Below are positions 10,471 to 20,864 of a stretch of 64,000 nt of DNA, in pieces. The stretch is taken from IMG/VR virus record IMGVR_UViG_3300010400_000002, positions 1-64,000 of that record. One strand, given 5' to 3'. The notes beneath the pieces are model-generated. The model saw only the letters and a list, made by a program, of their open reading frames with translations. It searched no databases and was not told where the DNA came from. The translations under genes were made by a program, and so were the position numbers. The stretch comes from a virus. Numbering within the stretch: position 1 is the first letter of the stretch; every line of letters begins with the position of its first letter.

Positions 10471-11063
10471 TAATGAATGACTGGTCGCATATACTTCCCT
10501 TGTCAGGATGGTGTACTGAAGAAAAGATGCAACGCCTCTATGACTTGGTGACAGAATCAGATTCTATGATTACCGTAGAGCTTGGGGTATTCGGGGGGCG
10601 CAGTCTGTTTCCTATGGCAATAGCTCATAAGGACAAAGATTCAGGAAAAGCATTTGGCTTTGACCCCTACGTGAAGGAAGCCTGTGTGGAAGGAACTAAT
10701 GATCCAAAGAATGATGAGTGGTGGCAGTCTGTTGACCTAGAAGGAATCTATAAAGATGCAAACGATTTCATTGTTACCAATCACCTTGAGAATTACTGTG
10801 CGCTTATCCGAGAACGCAGTGACGAAGCGTATAAACATTTTCAGGATGACACTATTGACATTCTACACCAAGACAGTAACCATAACACTGAAACGATTAC
10901 TAAAGAATTGGAGTTGTGGATACCAAAAATAAAAGTTGGTGGCTATTGGATTAATGATGACTGCGACTGGAAGGAAAGCCAAACTGGTTATGCAAAACTT
11001 CCTGACTACGGATTGGAATTAGTAGAAGATTTTATCAAGTGGCAAATCTGGAAAAAGAAATGA
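10461..11063 (+). CDS. Class I SAM-dependent methyltransferase (Methyltransf_24-like)
   Basis: VELGVFGGRS, GFDPY, IDILHQDSNH, KVGGYWINDD. Confidence 0.85.
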   Translation: MVLIMNDWSHILPLSGWCTEEKMQRLYDLVTESDSMITVELGVFGGRSLFPMAIAHKDKDSGKAFGFDPYVKEACVEGTNDPKNDEWWQSVDLEGIYKDANDFIVTNHLENYCALIRERSDEAYKHFQDDTIDILHQDSNHNTETITKELELWIPKIKVGGYWINDDCDWKESQTGYAKLPDYGLELVEDFIKWQIWKKK

Positions 11064-11725
11064 AGATAGGAAATTACAATTTAAGAGTGGTTGCACCATA
11101 CCTTCCTGATGATGAAGAATGGGTTTTGAGAGACATGGAGGGAATGCGATACTTTAAAGATCAGGGAATAGAAGATATTATTTGGATAGCTGGTGTGCAT
11201 GCAGAAAAGTGGGGCGTAATGGGAAGGCATATTTACTTACTCGACGGAAAGCCTGAGCAACAATGGTACATCGGTGATGGGAAAGTGGGTTGTTTTCTCA
11301 CTCAGTATATTGTGTATTCGTGCATGAATGTAATGGAAGATTCACATTTCCTTTTTCTCGAAACGGATTGCAGGTTCAATGATGGCTGGAAAGAAAAACT
11401 TGAACAGGCTCTTAAGGACGTGCCGGAAGATTTTGATTTCCTTTTTGCCGGGAATTGTTGTTGTGAAGATAAGGAACCCGTACACGTAAAGGGGGACGTT
11501 TATGAATTCCCTTATCGTGGTGAATCAAAAAAATATCACTATCCTCAATGCGCTCACATGATGATTATTGCAAAGAAGGCAATACCATTATTGATAAAGA
11601 CGCAGAGAGATGTTGCTAATCCTCCTGATGTTTCTCTGATAAATTTTGCATTCCCATCACTAAAAATATTTGCTATCATACCCCGGATTGCTACACAAGG
11701 AGGAAAAACATTTTTACCTAAATGA
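11060..11725 (+). CDS. Glycosyltransferase family 25-like
   Basis: GCFLTQY...FLFLETD...DFDFLFAG...CAHMMII; paralog of the next gene; start probably the ATG at 11060. Confidence 0.7.
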   Translation: MKIGNYNLRVVAPYLPDDEEWVLRDMEGMRYFKDQGIEDIIWIAGVHAEKWGVMGRHIYLLDGKPEQQWYIGDGKVGCFLTQYIVYSCMNVMEDSHFLFLETDCRFNDGWKEKLEQALKDVPEDFDFLFAGNCCCEDKEPVHVKGDVYEFPYRGESKKYHYPQCAHMMIIAKKAIPLLIKTQRDVANPPDVSLINFAFPSLKIFAIIPRIATQGGKTFLPK

Positions 11726-12336
11726 GAACGATTTCTATAACATTATTAGAACATGCCGATCGTCGCGCCGCCGCAGAGCAGCACTTTGCTGAGATCGGAA
11801 TGGAGGTAGAATTCTATGAAGGCATCAATGCGCAGAAAATGGGAGTGAAGTGTGATCGCCCGTACATGCGCGACCGCGTGGAAGGAGATGAATTATTTTT
11901 CGGAGGTTATCATGTGACCGGAATATTTCTAAGCCACTACTCACTATGGTCAGCACTCACTCTGATGCCACAGGAGCATACGTTGATACTTGAGATTGAC
12001 GCACACTTTAACCCGGATTGGAAGCAAAGGTTGGAGCAGGCGATGAGAGATGTACCACCGGATTTTGATTGGCTGTTTGTAGGTTCTTGTTGCGCTGGTA
12101 AGATGGAGTCAAATTACGATCGCAATGTGAAGGGTGATATTTATGAAGTGAAGTGGCCAATGTGTATGCATGCTTACGTGGTTGCCAAGAAAGCTCTTCC
12201 ACATTTATTAAAAACAAGTAGAGACTGCTACTGCCCAATAGACATCAGTACGAAACTCTACTCGTTTCCAGAGATGAAGGTGTACACGTTACTACCAAGA
12301 TTAGCTAATCAAAGAAATACTGAAATTCCGGAATAA
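11722..12336 (+). CDS. Glycosyltransferase family 25
   Basis: ISITL...DRR, FYEGIN, GIFLSHYSLW, LILEID, HAYVV, PID. Confidence 0.8.
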   Translation: MRTISITLLEHADRRAAAEQHFAEIGMEVEFYEGINAQKMGVKCDRPYMRDRVEGDELFFGGYHVTGIFLSHYSLWSALTLMPQEHTLILEIDAHFNPDWKQRLEQAMRDVPPDFDWLFVGSCCAGKMESNYDRNVKGDIYEVKWPMCMHAYVVAKKALPHLLKTSRDCYCPIDISTKLYSFPEMKVYTLLPRLANQRNTEIPE

Positions 12337-12842
12337 TGTATTTGACAGCGCCACAGATAACACAACTCGGATTCAAGCATGTCGGTGTGGCTGTAAGAAT
12401 TTCTGATAAAGCATCATTTTATAATGCACCTAATATTTCAATCAGTGATGGTGTCAGAATAGATGACTACACAATTTTTTCAGCGGGAATGGGTGGAATT
12501 GAAATTGGAAAACTTGTTCATGTAGGATGTTTCACGTCACTAATCGGAGCAGGTAAAATTATCATAGGCGATTACACCGAACTGAGTGGACGCGTTTCCA
12601 TATACAGTTCAACCAATAACTTCGATAGTGACAGTTTTTTTATTGATGGCAATAGAATCAATATTATAGAAGGTGATGTCAAAATAGGTAACAGGGTAGT
12701 AGTAGGTTGCTCAAGCATTGTGCTGCCAAATGTGAGTATCGGTTTTGGTTCTCGCGTGGGAGCACTAAGTTTGGTTAAGAATAATATTCAACACAAACAA
12801 TTGTGGGCTGGTGTGCCTGCAAAAAAAATCAGAGACCTATGA
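12336..12842 (+). CDS. Hexapeptide-repeat (left-handed beta-helix) O-acyltransferase
   Basis: Hexapeptide repeats; VKIGNRVVVG...VGALSLV...WAGVPAKKIR. Confidence 0.85.
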   Translation: MYLTAPQITQLGFKHVGVAVRISDKASFYNAPNISISDGVRIDDYTIFSAGMGGIEIGKLVHVGCFTSLIGAGKIIIGDYTELSGRVSIYSSTNNFDSDSFFIDGNRINIIEGDVKIGNRVVVGCSSIVLPNVSIGFGSRVGALSLVKNNIQHKQLWAGVPAKKIRDL

Positions 12843-13468
12843 GCGAACGTGATCCTTACCTCGTAACCGAAATGTTCGAAAAGAAACTTGCTGACTTCTG
12901 TGGTAGTAAGTATGCAGTGGCAGTGGATAATTGTACCAATGCACTTCTACTGTGCCTACTCCATGAGAACGTGAAGGGGCAAACGATTTCAATTCCTTCA
13001 CGCACTTACCCTGGTGTACCGTGCTCAATCATTCAGGCTGGTGCAAAAGTTCAGTTCCTGTCAATGGAAAGTGAAACGATTGTCGGAGCATACCAATTAT
13101 TCCCTACACGCATTTTCGACAGCGCCTTACGGTTCACGCGGGATATGTTTGTAGGCAATTCACTGATGTGCCTTTCCTTTAGTGGACCGTACAAGAGACT
13201 GAAACTTGGAAAGGGTGGCGCTATACTCACCGATGATGAATCTGCATACAAGTGGTTAAAGCGCATGCGGTTCTCAGGACGGAATGAATGCAGTTATCAT
13301 AAAGATCATTTTGACATGATTGGCTATAATTTCTATTTACTCCCGGAGCTTGCAGCACGCGCCCTTGTGTTGATGAATGAATTCTACAATGCTGACGGCA
13401 GCAAAAAAGAGATGGCTGACTTATGTTTGCCATATCCTGATTTGAGTAAGCACCCCGCTTACAAGTAG
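12839..13468 (+). CDS. Short DegT/DnrJ/EryC1/StrS-family PLP-dependent sugar aminotransferase
   Basis: FEKKLADFCGSKYAVAVDNCTNALLL, DSA, SFSGPYK...GKGGAILTDD, GYNF; lacks the C-terminal domain; start likely 12839. Confidence 0.85.
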   Translation: MSERDPYLVTEMFEKKLADFCGSKYAVAVDNCTNALLLCLLHENVKGQTISIPSRTYPGVPCSIIQAGAKVQFLSMESETIVGAYQLFPTRIFDSALRFTRDMFVGNSLMCLSFSGPYKRLKLGKGGAILTDDESAYKWLKRMRFSGRNECSYHKDHFDMIGYNFYLLPELAARALVLMNEFYNADGSKKEMADLCLPYPDLSKHPAYK

Positions 13469-13559
13469 CCAAAGTGTCATGCACAGAACTGTGTGAATAA
13501 CTCTTTTTTGTATTTTGTAGATTTTATTTCCACCTTTGACCTGACATAATGTCATATCT

Positions 13560-14189
13560 GTGGCAGTAAATCTAATCCTACCCGTTGAAACCGGAATCAT
13601 AGCACACTCAGGTGGCGGATTCGCAAGTGGCTACAAACTCACCAAATCAGTAAACTACATTTTGACATGCGCGGCAGCGGGTGACAGCGTTATCTTACCT
13701 GATGTTGTAATTGGTCAACCTGTGTGGGTCTACAATGCCGGACTCTATGCCTGTGACGTTTATCCTGTAAGTGTTGAAATTGATAATGGCACTCCTTCAA
13801 CCGCCGTAAGACAACAACCAGGGAGATGGGTTTGTTATACCCCAGTTGATGCCTTGAATTACAAGTCTAATGACATGGCGAGCGTATCAGTATCTCAGGG
13901 TACGAGTATTACTACTGGTGTTACCTGCGATGCTATTAGAGGTATCATCACAACGCAAGCTGCAAGTGCAGGCGCATCAGGCGCAACTCCAAATACATTT
14001 ACTGTTACTTGCAAATATGCAGAAGCAGATTCAAATATTGAACTTACTATACTGAGTCAAGCCGGAACAGGCAATGCAACCGCAAGGGTTAATAACCGTA
14101 CTCGCGGTGCATTTGATATTGTGCTTTCAAGTTTCAGTGCTGCCGCCCTAAACGGCGTAATCATAATCGGATTCGAAATCAAGAATTGA
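13560..14189 (+). CDS. Putative virion structural/decoration protein
   Basis: Ala/Gly/Thr-rich beta-type sequence just upstream of scaffold and capsid genes. Confidence 0.5.
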   Translation: MAVNLILPVETGIIAHSGGGFASGYKLTKSVNYILTCAAAGDSVILPDVVIGQPVWVYNAGLYACDVYPVSVEIDNGTPSTAVRQQPGRWVCYTPVDALNYKSNDMASVSVSQGTSITTGVTCDAIRGIITTQAASAGASGATPNTFTVTCKYAEADSNIELTILSQAGTGNATARVNNRTRGAFDIVLSSFSAAALNGVIIIGFEIKN

Positions 14190-14193
14190 TAAT

Positions 14194-15348
14194 ATGGCTA
14201 AAGGAAAAAATAAACCCCAAGCAAGCGATAACGGTGTTGACACCGACGTGATGGAGCTTCCTAATAATGAAACTCAGCAAGAGCCAATTAATGAGGAGAC
14301 GCCAACAGGTACTATCGAAGATTGGGGAGTATCATTAGCCAAAGGTGAAGAAAAGAAAATTGACCCAAGAAACGGAAAATCTGATAAGCCTCTCGATAAA
14401 GATTCAGCCACAGTTAAAGATGATGAACAGTTGCTTGCGGCGGCACAAGAGAAAGAGGAATCACAAGGCACACCGTCAAGTGTTCTCGACGCTATGACCA
14501 AAGGTGAGGATAATGACTTCTCACTGGACGAACCGGAAAAGAAAGAAGGTGAAGCGGAACTTGGTAAAGACGGCAAGCCTGTTGAAAAAACAAAAGAAAA
14601 AATCATTGATGCCACTGAAGTAGTCAGTCGCATCGCTAAAGAACTTGAGATCGGCGACGCTCAGACTCCTGAGCAACTGATCTCTTCTATTAAAGAGAAA
14701 TTGTCCACTGCAAAGGCGGGAGCGGACGCTCCTGTTGCGGGTATTGACAAGGTTCTCGCATTAAGTAACCGTGACCTGTATAAGGCTTTTCTTATGCGGA
14801 ATTCAAACTTTACTGACGAACGGGCAGAGAAATACATTACCGAGCGCATGGAAACATTGGGCGACGAATGGATTGATCTGAAAGCCGAAGATGTCAGGAT
14901 TGATTTGGAGGCTGCAAGGGCAAAGATCGTATCAGACCACGTTTCGCGTGAAACAGCTAAAGTAAATGAAGCTGCACAGTTCGCTACAACGGCGAGGAAC
15001 ACTGTTAAAGAGATCAAAACAATCTTTGGCAAGATTCCTCTCAAAGAGCATGTCGCTCAGTTGAAAGAATTCCAAGCCCAGATCAGCACCGAAGAAGGTC
15101 TTAATGCTATGCGTAATGACCCTAAGAAACTGACCGAAGCCATGTTCATGCTCAATTTTGGTGAGCAGATTCTTGAAGCCTTTTTGGACAAGAAACTGTC
15201 GGAAGCCGAAAAGCAGGGATGGAGGAAATCTTACAAAGCGAATGTTACGGACAAAATCATCAATCAGTCCAAGCAGCGTGAGCAAACTGAATTTCCTAAT
15301 GAGCCAGTCAAGCCCTCCGCCTACCAAGAAGGAGGTTGGGAAAACTAA
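14194..15348 (+). CDS. Putative capsid scaffolding protein
   Basis: Acidic, disordered N-terminus plus helical C-terminus, directly before the MCP. Confidence 0.6.
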   Translation: MAKGKNKPQASDNGVDTDVMELPNNETQQEPINEETPTGTIEDWGVSLAKGEEKKIDPRNGKSDKPLDKDSATVKDDEQLLAAAQEKEESQGTPSSVLDAMTKGEDNDFSLDEPEKKEGEAELGKDGKPVEKTKEKIIDATEVVSRIAKELEIGDAQTPEQLISSIKEKLSTAKAGADAPVAGIDKVLALSNRDLYKAFLMRNSNFTDERAEKYITERMETLGDEWIDLKAEDVRIDLEAARAKIVSDHVSRETAKVNEAAQFATTARNTVKEIKTIFGKIPLKEHVAQLKEFQAQISTEEGLNAMRNDPKKLTEAMFMLNFGEQILEAFLDKKLSEAEKQGWRKSYKANVTDKIINQSKQREQTEFPNEPVKPSAYQEGGWEN

Positions 15349-15443
15349 GTAAGTTCCTACCGTAGCCTATCACGTTCACTGCACATGGTGTATGCCGTGT
15401 GATCGTCATTTTTCTTTCTTCATCTCAAACAAAACTCTAAAAC

Positions 15444-16880
15444 GTGAAACAAGGTGGTTTAACCATATCTAAAGGTACTTTTGACAAGGACGCTATCACG
15501 ACCCAAAACTCGTTGTATGCGAACTCTCTTCAGTATCCTGAAATAGCGCGGACGCTCCTGATGTTGCAGCCTCAATACTCGCTGACCAACATCACAGCCC
15601 CGTTCATCCAGTCCGAAGAAATGGCTGTCGGCGATCTCAAATTTGAGTATCCCGTTATCGGACGTACAGACAAGCCTCTCACCTGCACCGGTACGGCTCC
15701 CACGGGCGACGGCAAAGGCGACTCCATCGTTTACATCGAAGTGGAAGAAAATTATGCACACCCGACATGGGAATACAAACTTGGTGAAGATGTGCTCCTT
15801 CGTGTTGACTCCACCGTTCTGGTGAAGAAAACGGTGAAAGGATACCTCGTTCCCTTCAAGATCATGGGCAACGACAATACCGATACCATCTCCTCTTCCG
15901 ACATCTACGCACAACGCAGACTCGGAAAGGTAGCCAACTCCAACACCGAATACTCCGAAAGGGGCTACGGCGCACAGCAGTATCCTGACTGGCTGGCGAA
16001 TTACCTCACCACCACTCGTAAGCAACAGACCGTTACCGGGGACGCAGCTACCTCAATCCTGTGGTTGCAGAAAGGTGACTACAAACTGTGGGCTATCGGA
16101 GCATCACCGGATGAACTGATGAATGAACTTGGTCAGCGTGACGGTGGATTTCTGTGGGACATGGAGAAAGACGCATGGTTTGGACGTACCACCATGGATG
16201 AAAATGGCATTTGCACCAAAACAGATAATGGAAAGCCGTTGGTTCGTGGTAATGGATTTCTGCAGCAGATTCAAAGCAATATGACCGACGAGTTTTCGAA
16301 AGGTCAGTTGACACAGAAAATGTTGCTCAACCATATCCGTGACTTCAAGATTGCAGCCGGTATCAATGGTGGCAAGATTACCGTTCACACCGGCGCGGGT
16401 GGAGTAGCAGCATGGTATGAACTTCTCGCCAATTTCTACCTGCACCAAGGCAACCAGGGTATCGTTTATACCATGGACAATGGACGCAAGGTGACGGTGG
16501 GTGAAGATATTCCTACGGTGCATCTGCTTAACTGCGACATCACCATCTTCGAGAATCCGATTCTTACTGACCCATTGAACAATGACACCGATGATGAAGG
16601 GCTGTCACTTCTTGGACAGTCATACTTCTTTGTTGATGGCAATACCACCATGGGAACCGATGGGAAGCAGATTCCTACCGTTCAGAAGATGGTCCGTAAA
16701 GCCAATGGCATTGACCGGAGCATGATCGTAAAGGTTGTTGACGGGATGGTAAACCCTGTTGACCCGATGCGCATTTTCGCTGCTTCTGCCCGTGATGGGT
16801 ACACCATTGAGTGGCTGTCACAGTGGATGCTGACGTTACGCAAGATCAATGGAGTGTCAGCATTGTTCTGTACCGGATGA
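15444..16880 (+). CDS. Major capsid protein (crAss-related, HK97 fold)
   Basis: 478 aa; synteny; motifs NYLTTTRKQQTVTGDA, EKDAWFG, RGNGFLQQI, VHTGAGG; C-ending codon bias typical of highly expressed genes. Confidence 0.85.
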   Translation: MKQGGLTISKGTFDKDAITTQNSLYANSLQYPEIARTLLMLQPQYSLTNITAPFIQSEEMAVGDLKFEYPVIGRTDKPLTCTGTAPTGDGKGDSIVYIEVEENYAHPTWEYKLGEDVLLRVDSTVLVKKTVKGYLVPFKIMGNDNTDTISSSDIYAQRRLGKVANSNTEYSERGYGAQQYPDWLANYLTTTRKQQTVTGDAATSILWLQKGDYKLWAIGASPDELMNELGQRDGGFLWDMEKDAWFGRTTMDENGICTKTDNGKPLVRGNGFLQQIQSNMTDEFSKGQLTQKMLLNHIRDFKIAAGINGGKITVHTGAGGVAAWYELLANFYLHQGNQGIVYTMDNGRKVTVGEDIPTVHLLNCDITIFENPILTDPLNNDTDDEGLSLLGQSYFFVDGNTTMGTDGKQIPTVQKMVRKANGIDRSMIVKVVDGMVNPVDPMRIFAASARDGYTIEWLSQWMLTLRKINGVSALFCTG

Positions 16881-16888
16881 TTTCAACA

Positions 16889-16904
16889 TGGTCGAATTCG
16901 ACCA
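16889..16904. repeat. Perfect 16-bp palindrome after the MCP stop
   Basis: TGGTCGAATTCGACCA. Confidence 0.7.
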
Positions 16905-16949
16905 CTTTAAATAATATTCATTTTTTCACAAACTTTCAACAAAAACATC

Positions 16950-17783
16950 ATGGCAACTAACACAAAAGGTCTGGGGCAGAAAGCCAAAAACGCCGCTGCC
17001 GCCTCCGACGATGAAACAATCGTAATCTCTTGGGTTGAGAACCAGTACTCAAAATTTGCCGGAAACCACACTTTACGCGCTTACCGCGATCCTGTGGAAC
17101 GGCATAAACTGATTGAACTGCGTGACCCCACTACCGCTACCAAAGAAGAGCCGTTAGGACAGAAAAAGCCTTACGTCATTCTTGGTGGCAAAACCATGAA
17201 ACTGTACATATCCAAGAACCCTTGGCACATGGCAGTTTACAAATTCATCATCGGTAACACCGAAGAGGAAGGACAGTGGCGTGGTCACCCCCGTTTCAAC
17301 CCGGGCAAGAAGATTTTCACTATTGAAAACGTCACCGAAAAGGCTAAGAAAAATAACCTGAATCGCAAGCAGATTCGTGCATTGCAGACGAAAGTCGAGA
17401 CAATGAACCAAGATGCACTCATGCAGTTCGGGTTACTGTTTGGCTTCGACGGTAAGGAACTATCTTACGATGATGTGCTCGACGGTATCGAGGCTATCAT
17501 TGAGACTCCGGCTGACAATAGCGAAAGTTTCTTCACTTGCGCAAACGTGAAAGAGGCTATCGAGAATCCAGACTTCGACTATATTGTGTTAGTTGCTGTT
17601 TTGAAGCATAAGAAGGTGTTTATCTCGAATGATGGTGTATACAAGTACAATGGTGCTACCATCGCCGTCACCGACGATCAACTCGTAAAGTGGCTGAAGG
17701 ATAACTCTACCGTCTATATGACGCTGAAAGAAAAATACCTGGCGCAGACCAAGGTGGAAGAGCCTGACCCTGCTAAAGAATGA
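16950..17783 (+). CDS. Conserved post-capsid protein (crAss gene-75-like position)
   Basis: Synteny; C-terminal KKVFISNDGVYKYNG...LVKWLKD pattern. Confidence 0.55.
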   Translation: MATNTKGLGQKAKNAAAASDDETIVISWVENQYSKFAGNHTLRAYRDPVERHKLIELRDPTTATKEEPLGQKKPYVILGGKTMKLYISKNPWHMAVYKFIIGNTEEEGQWRGHPRFNPGKKIFTIENVTEKAKKNNLNRKQIRALQTKVETMNQDALMQFGLLFGFDGKELSYDDVLDGIEAIIETPADNSESFFTCANVKEAIENPDFDYIVLVAVLKHKKVFISNDGVYKYNGATIAVTDDQLVKWLKDNSTVYMTLKEKYLAQTKVEEPDPAKE

Positions 17784-18454
17784 CGTGGCAACAGATTGCA
17801 GATAATGTGAATCGTAAGCTGGTTCAGTTTGCCTCCCCTCCTGTATTACCTGCGGAGATGGTGGGTTTACTGAATGAGGCTTACGATGCACTATTGACAC
17901 AGTGGTGGCAGATGACTTTCGAAAGAGACGAGTTTGCTATCCAGTTGCTCACGCCGCTGAAGCAAGGTCCAATCTCCCCCACTTTAACAAGCGCCAATCA
18001 CATTTCTACGTTCGAAATTGATACGACGGTATTCCCAGGTGGATTAAGAGCAATTGCCTCCTTTCGTGGATATTTCAAGCAGTCATGCAGTGGGCTGTCA
18101 GCATGGAGGATGATCGAGTTTCTGTCAGACAATGACCTATCAGACCTCGAAAATCCATTGCGAATGCCTACCAATGACTTTCCACGCTATCGTATGTGGT
18201 TCAACACTACTTCCTCAAAGAAGAAAGTGTCAATCTATTACGATGGGGATGCTCCGACCACTACTGAACTGTTTTATTACCGGCAGCAAACCATCCTCAC
18301 TTCCATAACTGGAAGCCCGGAGGTGGACCAAACAGGACACCGGCTGATAGTGAACAAAGCGGTAGCTATACAGTCAGGCACCAACGAGGATCAGCGTGAA
18401 GAGATATTTGAACGTGAAACCAACAAAGATTTACAAGTGGAGAATGCCTCATAA
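17780..18454 (+). CDS. Head-tail adaptor / tail ring protein
   Basis: LLNEAYD...YYRQQ...HRLIVNKAV pattern; size and synteny. Confidence 0.6.
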   Translation: MTWQQIADNVNRKLVQFASPPVLPAEMVGLLNEAYDALLTQWWQMTFERDEFAIQLLTPLKQGPISPTLTSANHISTFEIDTTVFPGGLRAIASFRGYFKQSCSGLSAWRMIEFLSDNDLSDLENPLRMPTNDFPRYRMWFNTTSSKKKVSIYYDGDAPTTTELFYYRQQTILTSITGSPEVDQTGHRLIVNKAVAIQSGTNEDQREEIFERETNKDLQVENAS

Positions 18455-18507
18455 GCTTCTCCTGATAAAACATGATTAACTAACTTTTTCAAAAAAAACT
18501 CTTAAAA

Positions 18508-19416
18508 ATGAACAGAAACAATGTGCATTGCAGTCCGGTGAATGAAATTCCCGGGATGCCCGATTACTGGATGATCGCCAATGATGGGGGCGACATGGGC
18601 GCTAACAGTTACAGTATCGCCAAAGGCATACTGAACATCAATAACGGAACAAGCCCTGTTTTGGCTAAAAAGGCTATTAACATCGCATGGAACCTGATTG
18701 ACCGTGAGAATGGTGTCAAGGTTCTTTGTCCGCAAGACCCAACAGCGCAGGTGGACACGGTGACAACTATTACTGTTCCTAATGCTGATTGTTGCGGAGA
18801 TCAGTTGTGTTATTATGTAACCCTGACATGGCATGATGCTACTTCAGGTCAGGAAATGACACATACCTATTCCGCATGTTTTACCACAGGTTCTACGTGG
18901 ACCAAAACACAGGTGAGTGCTGCCTTGATTGCAGATATAAATGCTGATCCCAACCGTATTGTTACGGCTGCTGCAGTAGGTGAAACATTTACCCTTACTG
19001 CTACTACTGCATTTGTAGGGCATCCATTTCTTACAAAGACGAACACGGCTTTACAGACCGTTGCTCACACCACTCCGAATGTTATTTCTTGGGGTGACGG
19101 TGATGACCTTCTTGCTATGGGATTCACCGCTGCTGACGGAATTGATGCTACCAACGAATACGCTATCGTAGAGATTCCTTATTATACCGTTCGCGAAGGT
19201 GACATTCCTTCTGACAATGCTTACTCAGGACAACGGGTATTAAGCTGGCATAAGTTCTGGCTGATCGTAGAAACCGGAGGAACGGCTGAAGATGCTGTCC
19301 TCGGAACTTCCATCAGCGACAATACGCCTACCGATAGCCTGTGCTACATCCTTGCCGGAAGCTCGACGGCATCGAAGTACCTCGGTGTCATCAATGACGG
19401 CTGTCCTTGCAGCTAA
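18508..19416 (+). CDS. Virion structural protein (auxiliary capsid / vertex)
   Basis: Thr-rich; followed by a strong hairpin; synteny with crAss-like structural genes. Confidence 0.55.
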   Translation: MNRNNVHCSPVNEIPGMPDYWMIANDGGDMGANSYSIAKGILNINNGTSPVLAKKAINIAWNLIDRENGVKVLCPQDPTAQVDTVTTITVPNADCCGDQLCYYVTLTWHDATSGQEMTHTYSACFTTGSTWTKTQVSAALIADINADPNRIVTAAAVGETFTLTATTAFVGHPFLTKTNTALQTVAHTTPNVISWGDGDDLLAMGFTAADGIDATNEYAIVEIPYYTVREGDIPSDNAYSGQRVLSWHKFWLIVETGGTAEDAVLGTSISDNTPTDSLCYILAGSSTASKYLGVINDGCPCS

Positions 19417-19442
19417 GAGTATCTGAGTGATTAACAAAATTT

Positions 19443-19473
19443 AGCAGGCGGGACATAAGTTCCTGCCTGCTTT
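19443..19473 (+). terminator. Hairpin / probable intrinsic terminator
   Basis: AGCAGGCGGGA-cataagt-TCCTGCCTGCT-TT. Confidence 0.6.
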
Positions 19474-19485
19474 AAAACTTTCACT

Positions 19486-20214
19486 ATGGTTCCTCTCCGC
19501 ACGTTATCCAAAGACATTTTGAGCATCGCCAACCGACTCGGCACTGCCGAACCACGGCGTAATGATATTAGTGAGCGCCAGGTGGAACTATGGATACATC
19601 AATACAGAGAATGGTGGATCAATGACCGCTTCAACCGGAAGAGGCAAACATATTACGAAGCAAAGCAGGCGCTCGTTCAGGATTTGGGGTGCATGCTGTT
19701 ACAGTGTGTTGACCAAGCGGAATGTGATGCCTTACCTGTTGGATGCTTTGTAGCCAAGGTAATTATCCCGACACCGGTGGAAGTAGAAGGATGCCTTGAT
19801 TATGTGGGTAGCATCAGTAAAAGGAAGAAGTTCATAGAATGCAAGAATGTGAATGAACTGGAAGGAAAACTATCCGCACCGTATGGGCGCAACTTCCTGT
19901 ACTACTTTCGGATTGGACCAACCAACCTTTACGTAGCCACCTCTGACAGCGACACCTTCTTTGACCTGTGCTATATTAATGTACGGGGCATCTTTGGTGA
20001 CCCAACGCAAGCCTGCTACAAGAAAAGCCTGACTACTTCGACATGCTGTTATGATCCGGTAAACACCAATTATCCGGCTACGGGGGATATGATGGAAGAA
20101 GTGAAGATGATGATACTTACGAAAGAATTCAACATTTCCATGCACTATATCAGGGATTGGAAAGATACCAACCGTGATGACAGGCAAGTTCAAAACTTTC
20201 AACCGATTCACTAA
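19486..20214 (+). CDS. Tail ring (tubular) protein
   Basis: ISERQVELWIHQYR, QDLGC, INVRGIFGDP, YP motifs; synteny. Confidence 0.7.
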   Translation: MVPLRTLSKDILSIANRLGTAEPRRNDISERQVELWIHQYREWWINDRFNRKRQTYYEAKQALVQDLGCMLLQCVDQAECDALPVGCFVAKVIIPTPVEVEGCLDYVGSISKRKKFIECKNVNELEGKLSAPYGRNFLYYFRIGPTNLYVATSDSDTFFDLCYINVRGIFGDPTQACYKKSLTTSTCCYDPVNTNYPATGDMMEEVKMMILTKEFNISMHYIRDWKDTNRDDRQVQNFQPIH

Positions 20215-20864
20215 TGAGATTCCGTTCAATCACGTCCATATTGCCAATGCTGAAACTACAGTCAGGCTATCCGAATGTAGATCAGTTGAAGCCGGAGCTT
20301 GCCCAGATGGTTCCGATGGTGGAGCGTAACCTTGGACTCACCAACAAAGCACTGCATCCACATAAAGCACTTGGAATAGAAGTATCCGGTTCCGTGGCTC
20401 AGTTACCAAGCGGATTCTTTGAAGAAGATCAGATTCTTGATTTCTGTATTCCGCCCAACTTGTGCAACATGACCAGTTGCAGTTGCAACAATGATCCGTG
20501 TCGCTGTGGATACACGCTATGGCAGACACAATGTGGTGACTTTACATTTGGAGATACGATACTAAGGTGTCCATTCAAAACCGGAAGTGTGAGTTTCAGC
20601 TATTGGAGTTTGGAACTGGATGAAGAAGGGTTGCCGATGATACTGGATAGTCACGTAGAAGCATTTGTAGCCTATGCCATTCAGTTGATGAAGAAAGGAG
20701 AGATGAATGCAGGGCTGATTTCACCGGCGCTGTACCAGATAAATAAGCAAGACTGGCACGATCAATCACTATGGACACGATCACGCGATAATGTGCCCAG
20801 TAAAAAGAGTGTGCGCATTGCCGATTACATCACTAATAACGCCTACAAATTTTACCTCAAATAA
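20214..20864 (+). CDS. Tail ring/tubular protein (P22 gp4-like position)
   Basis: FKTGSVSFSY...LDEEGLPMILD...EAFVAY. Confidence 0.7.
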   Translation: MRFRSITSILPMLKLQSGYPNVDQLKPELAQMVPMVERNLGLTNKALHPHKALGIEVSGSVAQLPSGFFEEDQILDFCIPPNLCNMTSCSCNNDPCRCGYTLWQTQCGDFTFGDTILRCPFKTGSVSFSYWSLELDEEGLPMILDSHVEAFVAYAIQLMKKGEMNAGLISPALYQINKQDWHDQSLWTRSRDNVPSKKSVRIADYITNNAYKFYLK

